Below, one piece after another: positions 13,351-25,471 of a stretch of DNA of 64,000 nt. Each line of letters begins with the position of its first letter. Within the stretch, counting starts at the first letter, position 1. Under the pieces are notes generated by a model that made no database searches, was not told the DNA's origin, and worked only from the letters and a program-made list of their open reading frames with translations. This DNA comes from Ranitomeya imitator (lineage: Eukaryota): the NCBI RefSeq assembly GCF_032444005.1, contig NC_091290.1:136028001-136092000 (forward strand), written 5' to 3'. Both the position numbers and the translations under genes were made by a program.

Positions 13351-13926
13351 TCCGCTATGCTGCCCCGTAGCAGATCACTTTTCACCAGACAAGCCTTCAT
13401 GAAAGTTCAGCCCCTTTCTAATATGTAAATGTCCCTTTTACTGCTAGAAGCCTGGGAGCCTGGTTATATTTGCCCCGGTCTTGCGCTGATGGTTTGCTCC
13501 ACTGTATCAGTGGCTGTGATCGGATCCAGGAGCAGTTTCAGCAGCGAGATCAGCTGTGGATTTACACACGGTGGGGAAATCAAGCACACAGTGCACTACA
13601 GAGCCGCAGTGTCCATTTATTTATATAGCGCCAACATATCCAGCAGCGCTGTACACTAATGGGGCGGATAACCCTTTATATGCCCCATTACTGGTAACTC
13701 ATGGGACAAGGCACACCCTGCTGCCGCCATCTAGGGGCTCAATGGTCCCTGCCACCAAATAAGAGGGCAGCAGCACCCAGTACTGAGCAGTGAGTACACA
13801 CTGGCATCCTGTGCCATCCTGCCGAACTACAACTGCCAGCAGCCTCTGCTCTGAGGGGAGACGCACACAGCTCTAGTCTCTACAGTGCGGCTATAGAGGA
13901 TGCCCAGGATCACGTGCTCAGAAACA

Positions 13927-14036
13927 ACTTCCGGTGTGCTGCATGTCATCTGCAGTGTTTCCGGTTGGGGGCATCCGTTACTATGGAGACCGCAGTATGG
14001 GGAGCGCGCGCTTAGGAGCCTCAATAAGCGGTAACT
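13927..14036 (+). promoter_or_regulatory. Putative TMEM231 promoter / non-coding first exon with RFX X-box
   Basis: acttccgg (ETS) 13927-13934; GTTACTATGGAGAC X-box 13977-13990; candidate donor gcg|gtaact at 14031; CpG-rich island between two satellites. Confidence 0.6.
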
Positions 14037-14105
14037 GCGGGTCCCGGGGCCACAACTCACCCTCCGGGGTAATCCCGGGAGAGAGGACGGCGGGAGGCCG
14101 GGACA

Positions 14106-17100
14106 CAGGGGGTATATAGAGGTACGGGGGGAGGAGGGGGGTATATGGAGGTACGGGGGGAGGAGGGGGGTATATGGAGGTACGGGGGGAGGAGGGGGGT
14201 ATATGGAGGTACGGGGGGAGGAGGGGGGTATATGGAGGTACGGGGGGAGGAGGGGGGTATATGGAGGTACGGGGGGAGGAGGGGGGTATATAGAGGTACG
14301 GGGGGAGGAGGGGGGTATATAGAGGTACGGGGGGAGGAGGGGGGTATATGGAGGTACGGGGGGAGGAGGGGGGTATATGGAGGTACGGGGGGAGGAGGGG
14401 GGTATATGGAGGTACGGGGGGAGGAGGGGGGTATATGGAGGTACGGGGGGAGGAGGGGGGTATATAGAGGTACGGGGGGAGGAGGGGGGTATATGGAGGT
14501 ACGGGGGGAGGAGAGGGGTATATGGAGGTACGGGGGGAGGAGGGGGGTATATAGAGGTACGGGGGGAGGAGGGGGGTATATAGAGGTACGGGGGGAGGAG
14601 GGGGGTATATAGAGGTACGGGGGGAGGAGGGGGGTATATGGAGGTACGGGGGGAGGAGGGGGGTATATAGAGGTACGGGGGGAGGAGGGGGGTATATGGA
14701 GGTACGGGGGGAGGAGGGGGGTATATGGAGGTACGGGGGGAGGAGGGGGGAGGAGGGGGGTATATGGAGGTACGGGGGGGAGGAGGGGGGTATATGGAGG
14801 TACGGGGGGGAGGAGGGGGGTATATGGAGGTACGGGGGGGAGGAGGGGGGTATATGGAGGTACGGGGGGGAGGAGGGGGGTATATGGAGGTACGGGGGGA
14901 GGAGGGGGGTATATGGAGGTACGGGGGGAGGAGGGGGGTATATGGAGGTACGGGGGGAGGAGGGGGGTATATAGAGGTACGGGGGGAGGAGGGGGGTATA
15001 TGGAGGTACGGGGGGAGGAGAGGGGTATATGGAGGTACGGGGGGAGGAGGGGGGTATATAGAGGTACGGGGGGAGGAGGGGGGTATATAGAGGTACGGGG
15101 GGAGGAGGGGGGTATATGGAGGTACGGGGGGAGGAGGGGGGTATATAGAGGTACGGGGGGAGGAGGGGGGTATATGGAGGTACGGGGGGAGGAGGGGGGT
15201 ATATGGAGGTACGGGGGGAGGAGGGGGGAGGAGGGGGGTATATGGAGGTACGGGGGGGAGGAGGGGGGTATATGGAGGTACGGGGGGGAGGAGGGGGGTA
15301 TATGGAGGAGGGGGGTATATGGAGGTACGGGGGGGAGGAGGGGGGTATATGGAGGTACGGGGGGGAGGAGGGGGGTATATGGAGGTACGGGGGGGGAGGA
15401 GGGGGTATATGGAGGTACGGGGGGGGGAGGAGGGGGTATATGGAGGTACGGGGGGAGGAGGAGGGGGGTATATGGAGGTACGGGGGAGGAGGAGGGGGGT
15501 ATATGGAGGTACGGGGGGGGAGGAGGGGGGTATATGGAGGTACGGGGGGGGGAGGAGGAGGGGGGTATATGGAGGGAGGGGGGGGTATATGGGAGGAGGG
15601 GGGGTATATGGGAGGAGGGGGGGTATATGGAGGTACGGGGGGGGAGGAGGGGGGTATATAGAGGTACGGGGGGAGGAGGGGGTATATGGAGGTACAGGGG
15701 GGGAATATGGAGGTACAGGGGGTTATATAGAGGTACGGGGGGGAGGAGGGGGTATATAGAGGTACAGGGGGGGAGGGGGTATATGGAGGTACAGGGGGGA
15801 GGATATGGAGGTACGGGGGGAGGAGGGGGGTTATGGAGGTACGGGGGGAGGAGGGAATATGGAGGTACGGGGGGAGGAGGGGGGATATGGAGGTACGGGG
15901 GGAGGAGGGGGGATATGGAGGTACGGGGGGAGGAGGGGGGATATGGAGGTACGGGGGGAGGAGGGGGGATATGGAGGTACGGGGGGAGGAGGGGGGATAT
16001 GGAGGTACGGGGGGAGGAGGGGGGATATGGAGGTACGGGGGGAGGAGGGGGGATATGGAGGTACGGGGGGAGGAGGGGGGATACGGAGGTACGGGGGGAG
16101 GAGGGGGGATACGGAGGTACGGGGCAGGAGGGTGATACGGAGGTACGGGGGAGGAGGGGGATACGGAGGTACGAGGGGAGGAGGAGGGATACGGAGGTAC
16201 GAGGGGAGGAGGGGGGATATGGAGGTACGAAGGGGGATATGGAGGTACGAGGGGAGGAGGGGGGATATGGAGGTACGGGGGGGAGGAGGGGGGATATGGA
16301 GGTACGGGGGAGGAGGGGGGTATATGGAGGTACGGGCGAGGAGGGGGTATATAGAAGTACGGGGGGGAGGAGGGGGCATCTAGTGATATGGGGAAGGAGT
16401 GGGGTATGTAGAGGTATGGGGGAGTGTATAAAGGTACATCCATACCCCTCCTATGTATATAGAGATACAGTGGGAGAAGGGGGGTGTATAGAGGTACGTG
16501 GGAGGAGGGGGGTATATAGAGGTACGTGGGAGGAGGGGGGTATATAGAGGTACGGGGGGAGGAGGGGGGTATATAGAGGTACGGGGGGGAGGAGGGGGGT
16601 ATATAGAGGTACGGGGGGGAGGAGGGGGGTATATAGAGGTACGGGGGGGAGGAGGGGGGTATATAGAGGTACGGGGGGAGGAGGGGGGTATATAGAGGTA
16701 CGGGGGGGAGGAGAGGGGTATATAGAGGTACGGGGGGGAGGAGGGGGGATATGGAGGTACGGGGGAGGAGGGGGGTATATGGAGGTACGGGCGAGGAGGG
16801 GGTATATAGAAGTACGGGGGGGAGGAGGGGGCATCTAGTGATATGGGGAAGGAGTGGGGTATATAGAGGTATGGGGGAGTGTATAAAGGTACATCCATAC
16901 CCCTCCTATGTATATAGAGATACAGTGGGAGAAGGGGGGTGTATAGAGGTACGTGGGAGGAGGGGGGTATATAGAGGTACGTGGGAGGAGGGGGGTATAT
17001 AGAGGTACGTGGGAGGAGGGGGGTATATTGAGGTACAGGGGGAGGAGGGGGTATGTAGAGGTACAGGGGGAGGAGGGGGGTATATTGAGGTACAGGGGGA

Positions 17101-17365
17101 GGAGGGTATATTGAGGTACAGGGGGAGGAGGGGGGTATATTGAGGTACAGGGGGAGGAGGGGGTATATGGAGGTACGGGGGGAGGAGGAGGGGATATGGA
17201 GGTACGGGGGGAGGAGGGGGGATATGGAGGTACAGGGGGAGGAGGGGGGGATATGGAGGTACAGGGGGAGGAGGGGGCATACGGAGGTACAGGGGGATGA
17301 GGGGGTATATGGAGGTACAGGGGGAGGAGGGGGTATATAAAGGTACGGGGGGATTATGTAAAGGT
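14106..17365. repeat. 29-bp extremely G-rich minisatellite (~3.2 kb)
   Basis: Unit atggaggtacggggggaggaggggggtat; degenerates distally, with a duplicated block near 16330-16530 and 16780-16980. Confidence 0.97.
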
Positions 17366-17636
17366 ACATCCATACCCTCCTGTGTGTGTATAGAGTAGAC
17401 ATGCACATGATAAGATGTAGATGCGGGTGAGGTACGAGAATAGGAGATTGTTATATAGAGGTAGCTGCCCAGTACAGTATGAGACCCCATATAGTGCGGT
17501 TATGGGGGGTGGTATCCTCATCATTCTCTTTATAATCTGATCCTTCTACAGGAGTATCTATGTGAAACACAAGAAGAGGGTCCGGACACTAAAAAGAATA
17601 AACCCTGACGAGGTGCGGACCCTCGCCATCCCCACC

Positions 17637-17775
17637 ATGACGATTTACGAAGTCTACTCTCACCCGCTACTTGTCAGATACAGGACCAGTATCTGCTCCA
17701 AAGCCACGCTCTTCCTCCTGGTGGTGCTGCCGTTGACCTACATCCCCCCACTGTTAGTGGCCTACCGCAGCCAGG
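17637..17775 (+). CDS. TMEM231: TMEM231 first coding exon
   Basis: cccaccATG; [46 protein letters not shown](G) matches the TMEM231 N-terminus; gtgag donor; upstream acceptor ttctacag at 17551. Confidence 0.96.
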
Positions 17776-17848
17776 GTGAGACCCCCGCCCCCTATTGCTG
17801 CGCTCAGCAGGTTTCAGTATTTTCAGTCCGTTCTTCTGTTTCTTCCAG

Positions 17849-18015
17849 GGTTCTGGTTGAAGCAGAGCACGTACGAGGAACAGCCCAACGTCCGTTTCCG
17901 CTACGAGGCCTTACTCGTCGCCATCACCAGCAGCAGCGGGGGTTATGTAGCTTGGAGCACCTTTCAAGGGTTCAACAACCTAGCGGGGGACCGGCTGCGG
18001 ATACCCCAAGTGTCG
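17849..18015 (+). CDS. TMEM231: TMEM231 coding exon 2
   Basis: [55 protein letters not shown]; ttccag / gtacgt. Confidence 0.96.
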
Positions 18016-18110
18016 GTACGTAGCTCACAGCTAAACACTTTGGTGCTTCCTGTACTTGTCCAGCAGAACCTTTCACAAATGAATGTGACGACGTTACTCA
18101 CATCTCGTAG

Positions 18111-18239
18111 GTTCGAGAGGAGGATAAAAACCAAGATGGGAAGATGGAGCAGCTGGATTTCAGTTTGGAGCTGCCTCTGTTACCAGTGGAGGACGTCTAC
18201 GGGGTTCAGCTAATCCTGACCTTCTCCTACCAGCTCTAT
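18111..18239 (+). CDS. TMEM231: TMEM231 coding exon 3 (probable GC donor)
   Basis: [43 protein letters not shown]; followed by gcaagt. Confidence 0.93.
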
Positions 18240-19039
18240 GCAAGTGTGGGGAACATGTGCCGGGCGTGTAGAAGTATAAGGACTAGAAATGCGCCAATAC
18301 GTTCCAGTGGAATCAAATTCTAGAAAATTCCACAGTCGCCAAAATGCACCTTTTTTGTACTTCTCCGGCCCCTCCGCTCCTCACCATGACCCGTCCCGGT
18401 CAGCGTCGCATCTCCAGATCTCCGCTGCTCACGTTGAATTCCTTTGGGTTGGGGCTTGCGGGTTTCATTAGGCCTGGGATGGCCCGTGCGAGGTTATAGC
18501 GCACATAATGCCATAACCTTTGGATTGCGAAGAACCTTCCTGGATCTTTTCAGATTAGAAGTCCGGGCCCTGAGTGACGCGGGCGGCAGCGATCTGAAGA
18601 TGCAATGAGGACTGGACAGGTGACAGGGTCCGGTGAGGTGAGTATAAGGATTATTTGTTTTCTTCTTTTTTTTTTTTTACATGTTGCATTTATAATGGAG
18701 AGATCCCAGATTATTTTATGGGACATAAATTCGCAGAGATTAACTCTCTGCAAATTCTAACTTTACCTGATCCACTCATTTTTAATAAGACACTTATGTC
18801 ACCTTTCTTTTTTTCCAACCCTTCTATGCGTCTCCATGGTGACAGACTACAAACAAGCCCTTTTTGTAGTCAGATTGCGCTGCTATTTTATCTATGTAGA
18901 TCGGCGAGAAGAGTAACAAATTAATGCTAGTTTAGACCACACCTTCCTCCCTGTAGTCATTCTTCCGGTCACTTTCATGTCTTCACATTTTGACCTGTTG
19001 AAAGGTGTAATATATTTTTGTATTTGTTGATTCTTGCAG

Positions 19040-19183
19040 AGGATGTCCACATTTGTTATGCAGAGCATGGCGTTCGTCCAGTATACGTCTCCTGTTCCCG
19101 GGGCCAAGCTTTACATCAATGGAGACCTGAGGCTTCAGCAGAGGCGACCTCTTAGACACCAGGGCCTGGACACCACCTACAAC
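19040..19183 (+). CDS. TMEM231: TMEM231 coding exon 4
   Basis: [48 protein letters not shown]; ttgcag / gtaaga. Confidence 0.96.
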
Positions 19184-19546
19184 GTAAGAGTCTGTGGATT
19201 ACTGTACGGGATCTGTCTTGCATTGGCTGATTTTGTAGAATGTCAGCTGTGTGCCCCCTCTAAGGAGCTGTACTATGCAGGCTGCATTCACGTACCCCTA
19301 TGTTACAGACTGTGATGTACGGACCGGCCAGGGCTCTCCTCACCCAGACTCCGTAACAAACCTGAGCATCAGACTGCCACACTCGCATGTGTGAATCCGG
19401 CCGTAGACTGATTTCGGAGGGAGCTGCCAGTTATTTTCCAAATCGGGATGCTTAGTGCAGCTGTGTTTATTTTGGGCAGATTCGTAGCCAGATGTGGGGA
19501 TTATAGAGCAGGAATAGGAATAATGTTTTTTTTTTTCACTTGGCAG

Positions 19547-19628
19547 GTTTCTGTTATCAACGGAGCGAGCCCTTTCGCAAGTTCTTACGATCTGATCAAC
19601 ATCCTGTCCGCTTATCAGGAGAGGAACG
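19547..19628 (+). CDS. TMEM231: TMEM231 coding exon 5
   Basis: VSVINGASPFASSYDLINILSAYQERN(V); tggcag / gtgagt. Confidence 0.96.
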
Positions 19629-20285
19629 GTGAGTGCAAGACACTGAACTTCCACTTTCTTCTTCAGTCTAAGCAGATTTTATATTCTGATTTGGTCAGTG
19701 AGAATTATAATGTTGGCTTCGTTGACTGACTGTGCCAAGAGAACAAACCGCAGGGTCCCTGATCATCCTCAACCCTTCCTATGGATAGGAAAACAGCCAA
19801 AGTACTGGACAAGCGTCAACCACGGACTCCACTTGTCCTGGCGTCTGTAATAACTTTCTTTTTAAGTCTGAACTCTATTGTTTTTATATTTTAAATTTAC
19901 AAAAATGCCGCACCCCTTTTCTCTTTAAGGGAAAATTATTCTGGGTCCATCTATTGCTACTAGGGTTCGTCAGGGGAACGGAAAGTAAGAGTCTAATATT
20001 TGGTCTTTTTTTATAATCTTGTTATTACTATCAAAGGTCAGAAAAACCTAAAAGCTGATTTTCTGTTGACACATCCCTTTTAAATAATGGGGGTTTCACT
20101 CCAATCAATATATTGTAAATGTATGTGAATGTCCCTTTAAAAGCGTATTCCCACCTCATATAGTGATGGCGTATTGTTATTGTATGCCATTGTTTTATGA
20201 TTGATGGTGTCTGACCAATCTTGAGTGTGAAGTGGCTGTCCCCTGAATAGTTGTAACATAGCCATGAAACGCTATGGATTGCTAC

Positions 20286-20538
20286 ATGAGCGTGGCACCA
20301 GAACCACTGTCAGCACATGAGCGCGGCACCAGAACCACTGTCAGCGCATGAACGCGGCACCAGAACTACTGTCAGCACATGAACGCGGCACCAGAACCAC
20401 TGTCAGCACATGAACGTGGCACCAGAACCATTGTCAGCACATGAACGTGGCACCAGAACTACTGTCAGCACATGAACGTGGCACCAGAACCACTGTCAGC
20501 ACATGAGCGCGGCACCAGAACCACTGTCAGTACATGAA
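20286..20538. repeat. 31-bp tandem repeat, ~8 copies, in a TMEM231 intron
   Basis: Unit catgagcgtggcaccagaaccactgtcagca. Confidence 0.9.
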
Positions 20539-21173
20539 TACAGGGAAACTGCAACACAGCTTTAAAGAAGGTCCAACTTTCATAATTTGTAACATGATGG
20601 CATATCCTATTGATATGCCATCGCTTTGAGCTGTGGGTACAATTTTAAGCATTTCACGATCTTAAAAAATTTCTAACTTAACACTAATATAACCTGAATT
20701 GTAAAATACATAAATTGAATTATACCACTAAAATAGACGCATTGTTAAAATAGCGCAGTGAAATGTACAATCCATCTGCAATTCACGCCGTAACCACCAG
20801 GTGGCCACATATAGACACACACACATAGCCTAAACATTGCCTGACGGAGTATCCCGAAACCTCTAGGGTGGTTGTCCCTCGAAGCTCGTCCGCCTGTCCT
20901 GGTGATTCCACATGGGTTTGATTTCTGTAACGATCTGTGCGCCCATCACATACGCAGGAGGGATTTTCACAGTGACGGCTATAATAGGATGGTGTGAATA
21001 CAGTTTCTCCAGAATCTCTCACCTTCCTCTAGTCCCTGGGATTTTCGGTGACTTGTCGTTTATTCCTGTGATTATCTCCTCCCATTAATTGCCGTTTCCC
21101 TCCCTTGTTCTCACTTTTTCCCTCCTATCCATCCATTTAGAGATTTTAGTATATGACTCTTGTGTGATTGCAG

Positions 21174-21279
21174 TGACGACCGTCTTGAACAATCCCAATC
21201 CAATATGGCTCCCGGGAAGAGGCAGTTCGGATCCATTTGTGATCAGTGGCGTCATCCGTTACCCCGTAGAGACTATTTC
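21174..21279 (+). CDS. TMEM231: TMEM231 coding exon 6 (followed by U12 AT-AC intron)
   Basis: [34 protein letters not shown](S); followed by atatcctttt. Confidence 0.96.
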
Positions 21280-21932
21280 ATATCCTTTTTTTTTCTTCTA
21301 TGAAAAATCTTTGTTATTAGGTCCGATAACTGTACTACCCCTTTAAAAACTTCCCTTGCGCAGTAATGATCATATAAATGGTGAAGGTGCATGTTAAGTA
21401 TTATTGGGTCTTCTTAGTCGTGTTACAGTGGATCTTAAACTGCATGCAGTACTAAATAGATCACTTGGACCTAATGAGGCTGGTACATACACTTTGAGAA
21501 TCCACAACAGAGTGGCACTATATAATACTTTTTCAAAAAGAAAACATTAAACATTTCCCCACTTAACATTCAGAATATTTTAGGTCTAAAATTCTCATTT
21601 TTTATTTCAGGATTATGCAGCTATTTTGGCATGGGTTTTTAAAAGTAAGTTCACCAGCCTCCACGGGTCTAATAGATCTATGTAATAAAATATGCAGCTC
21701 GTAATTTGAAATCCGGAGGCAGATCTGCTTTACCAGCGCTGGTCACACACTTCATATAGCTGTCCGCTTCCAAGAACATTCTCCTCCAAATGGGAAGTAA
21801 GCCACTGTCAGACTCCTTTTGGTAACAAAAAGATAAGGCATATTGAAATCCAACATGCCCAACCCTTCTTGTCCCAGACATCGTGCATCGTGACACCAGC
21901 ATGCACGTTGGACTATTGGGAGGCTCATTTTA

Positions 21933-22465
21933 TGTGTGTTATCAGTCATTGTACAGGAGGAGATGGTGAGCTGTGATATAACCTATTGTGTATGGTGGAT
22001 CCTATGTTATATACCTTATATAGAGGTGTTATCAGTCATTGTACAGGAGGAGATGGTGAGCTGTGATATAACCTATTGTGTATGGTGGATCCTATGTTAT
22101 ATACCTTATATAGAGGTGATATCAGTCATTGTACAGGAGGAGGAGGTGAGCTGTGACATCACCTATTGTGAATGGTGGATCCTGTGTTATCTACTGTGTA
22201 TAGAGGTGATATCAGTCATTGTACAGGAGGAGGAGGAGGTGAGCTGTGACATCACCTATTGTGAATGGTGGATCCTGTGTTATCTACTGTATATAGAGGT
22301 GATATCAGTCATTGTACAGGAGGAGGAGGTGAGCTGTGACATCACCTATTGTGAATGGTGGATCCTGTGTTATCTACTGTATATAGAGGTGTTATCAGTC
22401 ATTGTACAGGAGGAGGAGGTGAGCTGTGACATCACCTATTGTGAATGGTGGATCCTGTGTTATAC
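21933..22465. repeat. ~90-bp minisatellite, ~5.5 copies
   Basis: Unit gtgttatcagtcattgtacaggaggag...atagag; gives the 30-aa periodicity of the ORF-track translation. Confidence 0.93.
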
Positions 22466-24196
22466 AGGAGGTGCAGGACCCGTCTCCCCCGTCCTCATAT
22501 ACAGGAGGTGCAGGTCCCGTCTCCCCGGTGCTCATATACAGGAGGTGCAGGTCCCGTCTCCCCGGTCCTCATATACAGGAGGTGCAGGTCCCGTCTCCCC
22601 GGTCCTCATATACAGGAGGTGCAGGTCTCATCTCCCCGGGGCTCATATACAGAAGGTTCAGGACCCGTCTCCCCGGTCCTCATATACAGGAGGTGCAGGT
22701 CCCGTCTCCCCGGTCCTCATATACAGGAGGTGCAGGTCTCATCTCCCCGGGGCTCATATACAGAAGGTTCAGGACCAGTCTCCCCGGTCCTCATATACAG
22801 GAGGCGCAGGTCCCGTCGCCCCCGTCCTCATATACAGGAGGTACAGGACCCGTCACCCCGGTCCTCATATACAGGAGGTGCAGGACCCGTCACCCCGGTC
22901 CTCATATACAGGAGGTGCAGGACCCGTCTCCCCGGTCCTCATATACAGGAGGCGCAGGTCCCGTCGCCCCCGTCCTCATATACAGGAGGTACAGGACCCG
23001 TCACCCCGGTCCTCATATACAGGAGGTGCAGGACCCGTCACCCCGGTCCTCATATACAGGAGGTGCAGGACCCGTCTCCCCGGTCCTCATATACAGGAGG
23101 TGCAGGTCCCGTCGCCCCGGTCCTCATATACAGGAGGTGCAGGTCCCGTCGCCCTGGTCCTCATATACAGGAGGTGCAGGTCCCGTCGCCCCGGTCCTCA
23201 TATACAGGAGGTGCAGGTCCCGTCGCCCCGGTCCTCATATACAGGAGGTGCAGGACCCGTCTCCCCGGGGCTCATATACAGGAGGTGCAGGACCCGTCTC
23301 CCCGGTGCTCATATACAGGAGGTGCAGGTCCCGTCTCCCCGGTGCTCATATACAGGAGGTGCAGGTCCCGTCTCCCCGGTGCTCATAGACAGGAGGTGCA
23401 GGTCCCGTCTCCCCGGTCCTCATATACAGGAGGTGCAGGTCCCGTCTCCCCGATCCTCATATACAGGAGGTGCAGGTCCCGTCTCCCCGGGGCTCATATA
23501 CAGAAGGTTCAGGACCCGTCTCCCTGGTCCTCATATACAGGAGGCGCAGGTCCCGTCGCCCCCGTCCTCATATACAGGAGGCGCAGGACCCGTCACCCCG
23601 GTCCTCATATACAGGAGGTGCAGGACCCGTCACCCCGGTCCTCATATACAGGAGGTGCAGGACCCGTCTCCCCGGTCCTCATATACAGGAGGTGCAGGTC
23701 CCGTCGCCCCGGTCCTCATATACAGGAGGTGCAGGTCCCGTCGCCCCGGTCCTCATATACAGGAGGTGCAGGTCCCGTCGCCCCGGTCCTCATATACAGG
23801 AGGTGCAGGTCCCGTCGCCCCGGTCCTCATATACAGGAGGTGCAGGTCCCGTCGCCCCGGTCCTCATATACAGGAGGTGCAGGTCCCGTCGCCCCGGTCC
23901 TCATATACAGGAGGTGCAGGTCCCGTCGCCCCGGTCCTCATATACAGGAGGTGCAGGTCCCGTCGCCCCGGTCCTCATATACAGGAGGTGCAGGTCCCGT
24001 CGCCCCGGTCCTCATATACAGGAGGTGCAGGTCCCGTCGCCCCGGTCCTCATATACAGGAGGTGCAGGACCCGTCTCCCCGGGGATCATATACAGAAGGT
24101 TCAGGACCCGTCTCCCCGGTCCTCATATACAGGAGGCGCAGGTCCCGTCGCCCCCGTCCTCATATACAGGAGGTACAGGACCCGTCACCCCGGTCC
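22459..24196. repeat. 37-bp minisatellite (~1.7 kb)
   Basis: Unit atatacaggaggtgcaggtcccgtcgccccggtcctc. Confidence 0.96.
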
Positions 24197-24341
24197 ATTT
24201 GTTTCTTTTGCTTCTGTTCACCAAATGTTACATGAAACAGATGCAAATCCCCTATTTCCACGTTCATTTCCTCTCCTGCTTCATCCAGTTCTCGCTCATT
24301 TCCTGCCATCTTTATGTCTTGTCCTTAACAGTCGGCCGCAC

Positions 24342-24513
24342 ATATGAGCCCGGCTTCTGGGAAATGATCAAATACGCCTGGATCCAGTATGTCAGCGTCC
24401 TCCTCATCTTCCTGTGGGTTTTCGAGAGAGTGAAAATCTTCATCTTTCAGAACCAAGTGTTCACTACGGTTCCGGCGTCCCGGTTCACGCCATACAAACA
24501 GCACCTGAGCTGA
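24342..24513 (+). CDS. TMEM231: TMEM231 last coding exon
   Basis: (S)[56 protein letters not shown]; preceded by tccttaac branch site and AC acceptor; seven exons sum to 939 bp = 312 aa + stop. Confidence 0.96.
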
Positions 24514-25458
24514 CGGCGCCCCCCGCTGGACTCTCACTACACTTACTCCAGTGTTCAGAATGCAGTAAGGTCTGGGATTTTTCGAAGACTTTTTTTTTTA
24601 ATAATGCCATGAATCAATTGACATTATATTAATTTATTCGGACTTATAATCACATTTTTGGGATTGGAAAACTGCTTCCTACCTGAAGGGGTCCGCAACT
24701 CTTCCTTTGATTAGCTGGCCTGACGCTGTCTCACCTCGATGATCGCACCAGGCCGGTTAATCAATGGAGGAGCTGCGGATTCATGTAGATAGGAGATGAT
24801 TCTCAGTGCCACAGATTACTGAGCGGAGTCCTGTGGTGACCCCTATAGCTACAGGCATTCGACATGGGGGATAATTAAGGATTTGATTAATGATATTTAT
24901 CCAATGATCAGCTAACAGACCCATCCCCCCGGAGGCCATCCCTCAGGCGGGACCGCGAGACATTTACTGGAAGCCTCTGTTACATTCTTAACATTCAGTT
25001 CATGATTATTTCTAACGGAAATATTACAACACCTTGTACTTTGTGTCGCGTCAGGTTGTGATGATGTCACATTCTTGCAGGGTAACATTCCTGTGGTGGA
25101 GAAATGGTTAAAATAAGACGGGGGGGTATTCTAGGGATGGTCTTTTTAAGCACATTAGTAAGGGGCAGCTAGCGAGACCACGAAATATGAGGCGTGGAGT
25201 GACCGGGCGTCCCCTCCATCCACACATCAGCGCTCATTGCTTCACATCCCATGGGTGTACTTAATTAAATCAATGGAAATAAAATTTCAGGATCATGACA
25301 TTCCATAATTTGTCCCTTCAATGCTTGATATATTACTTTATAAGGCCATTATATTTTTGATTATTTTATTATTTTTCTCAAATTGGAAATCTTTTTGCTG
25401 CTGATTAAATCATGTTCTAATTGTCACGAAATATTTTGTATCACGTTTAAGTCATTTC

Positions 25459-25471
25459 AATAAAAAATAAA
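25459..25471 (+). terminator. Candidate polyadenylation signals of TMEM231
   Basis: Two adjacent AATAAA ~950 nt after the stop. Confidence 0.55.

Noticed and set aside
13981-17490. Extensin-like and Gly-rich ORFs up to 820 aa
   Set aside because: Products of the 29-bp G-rich repeat, open on both strands
21936-24513. 803-, 596- and 347-aa ORFs; the last ends in real TMEM231 sequence
   Set aside because: Stop-free satellite inside the U12 intron; only 24342-24513 is a real exon
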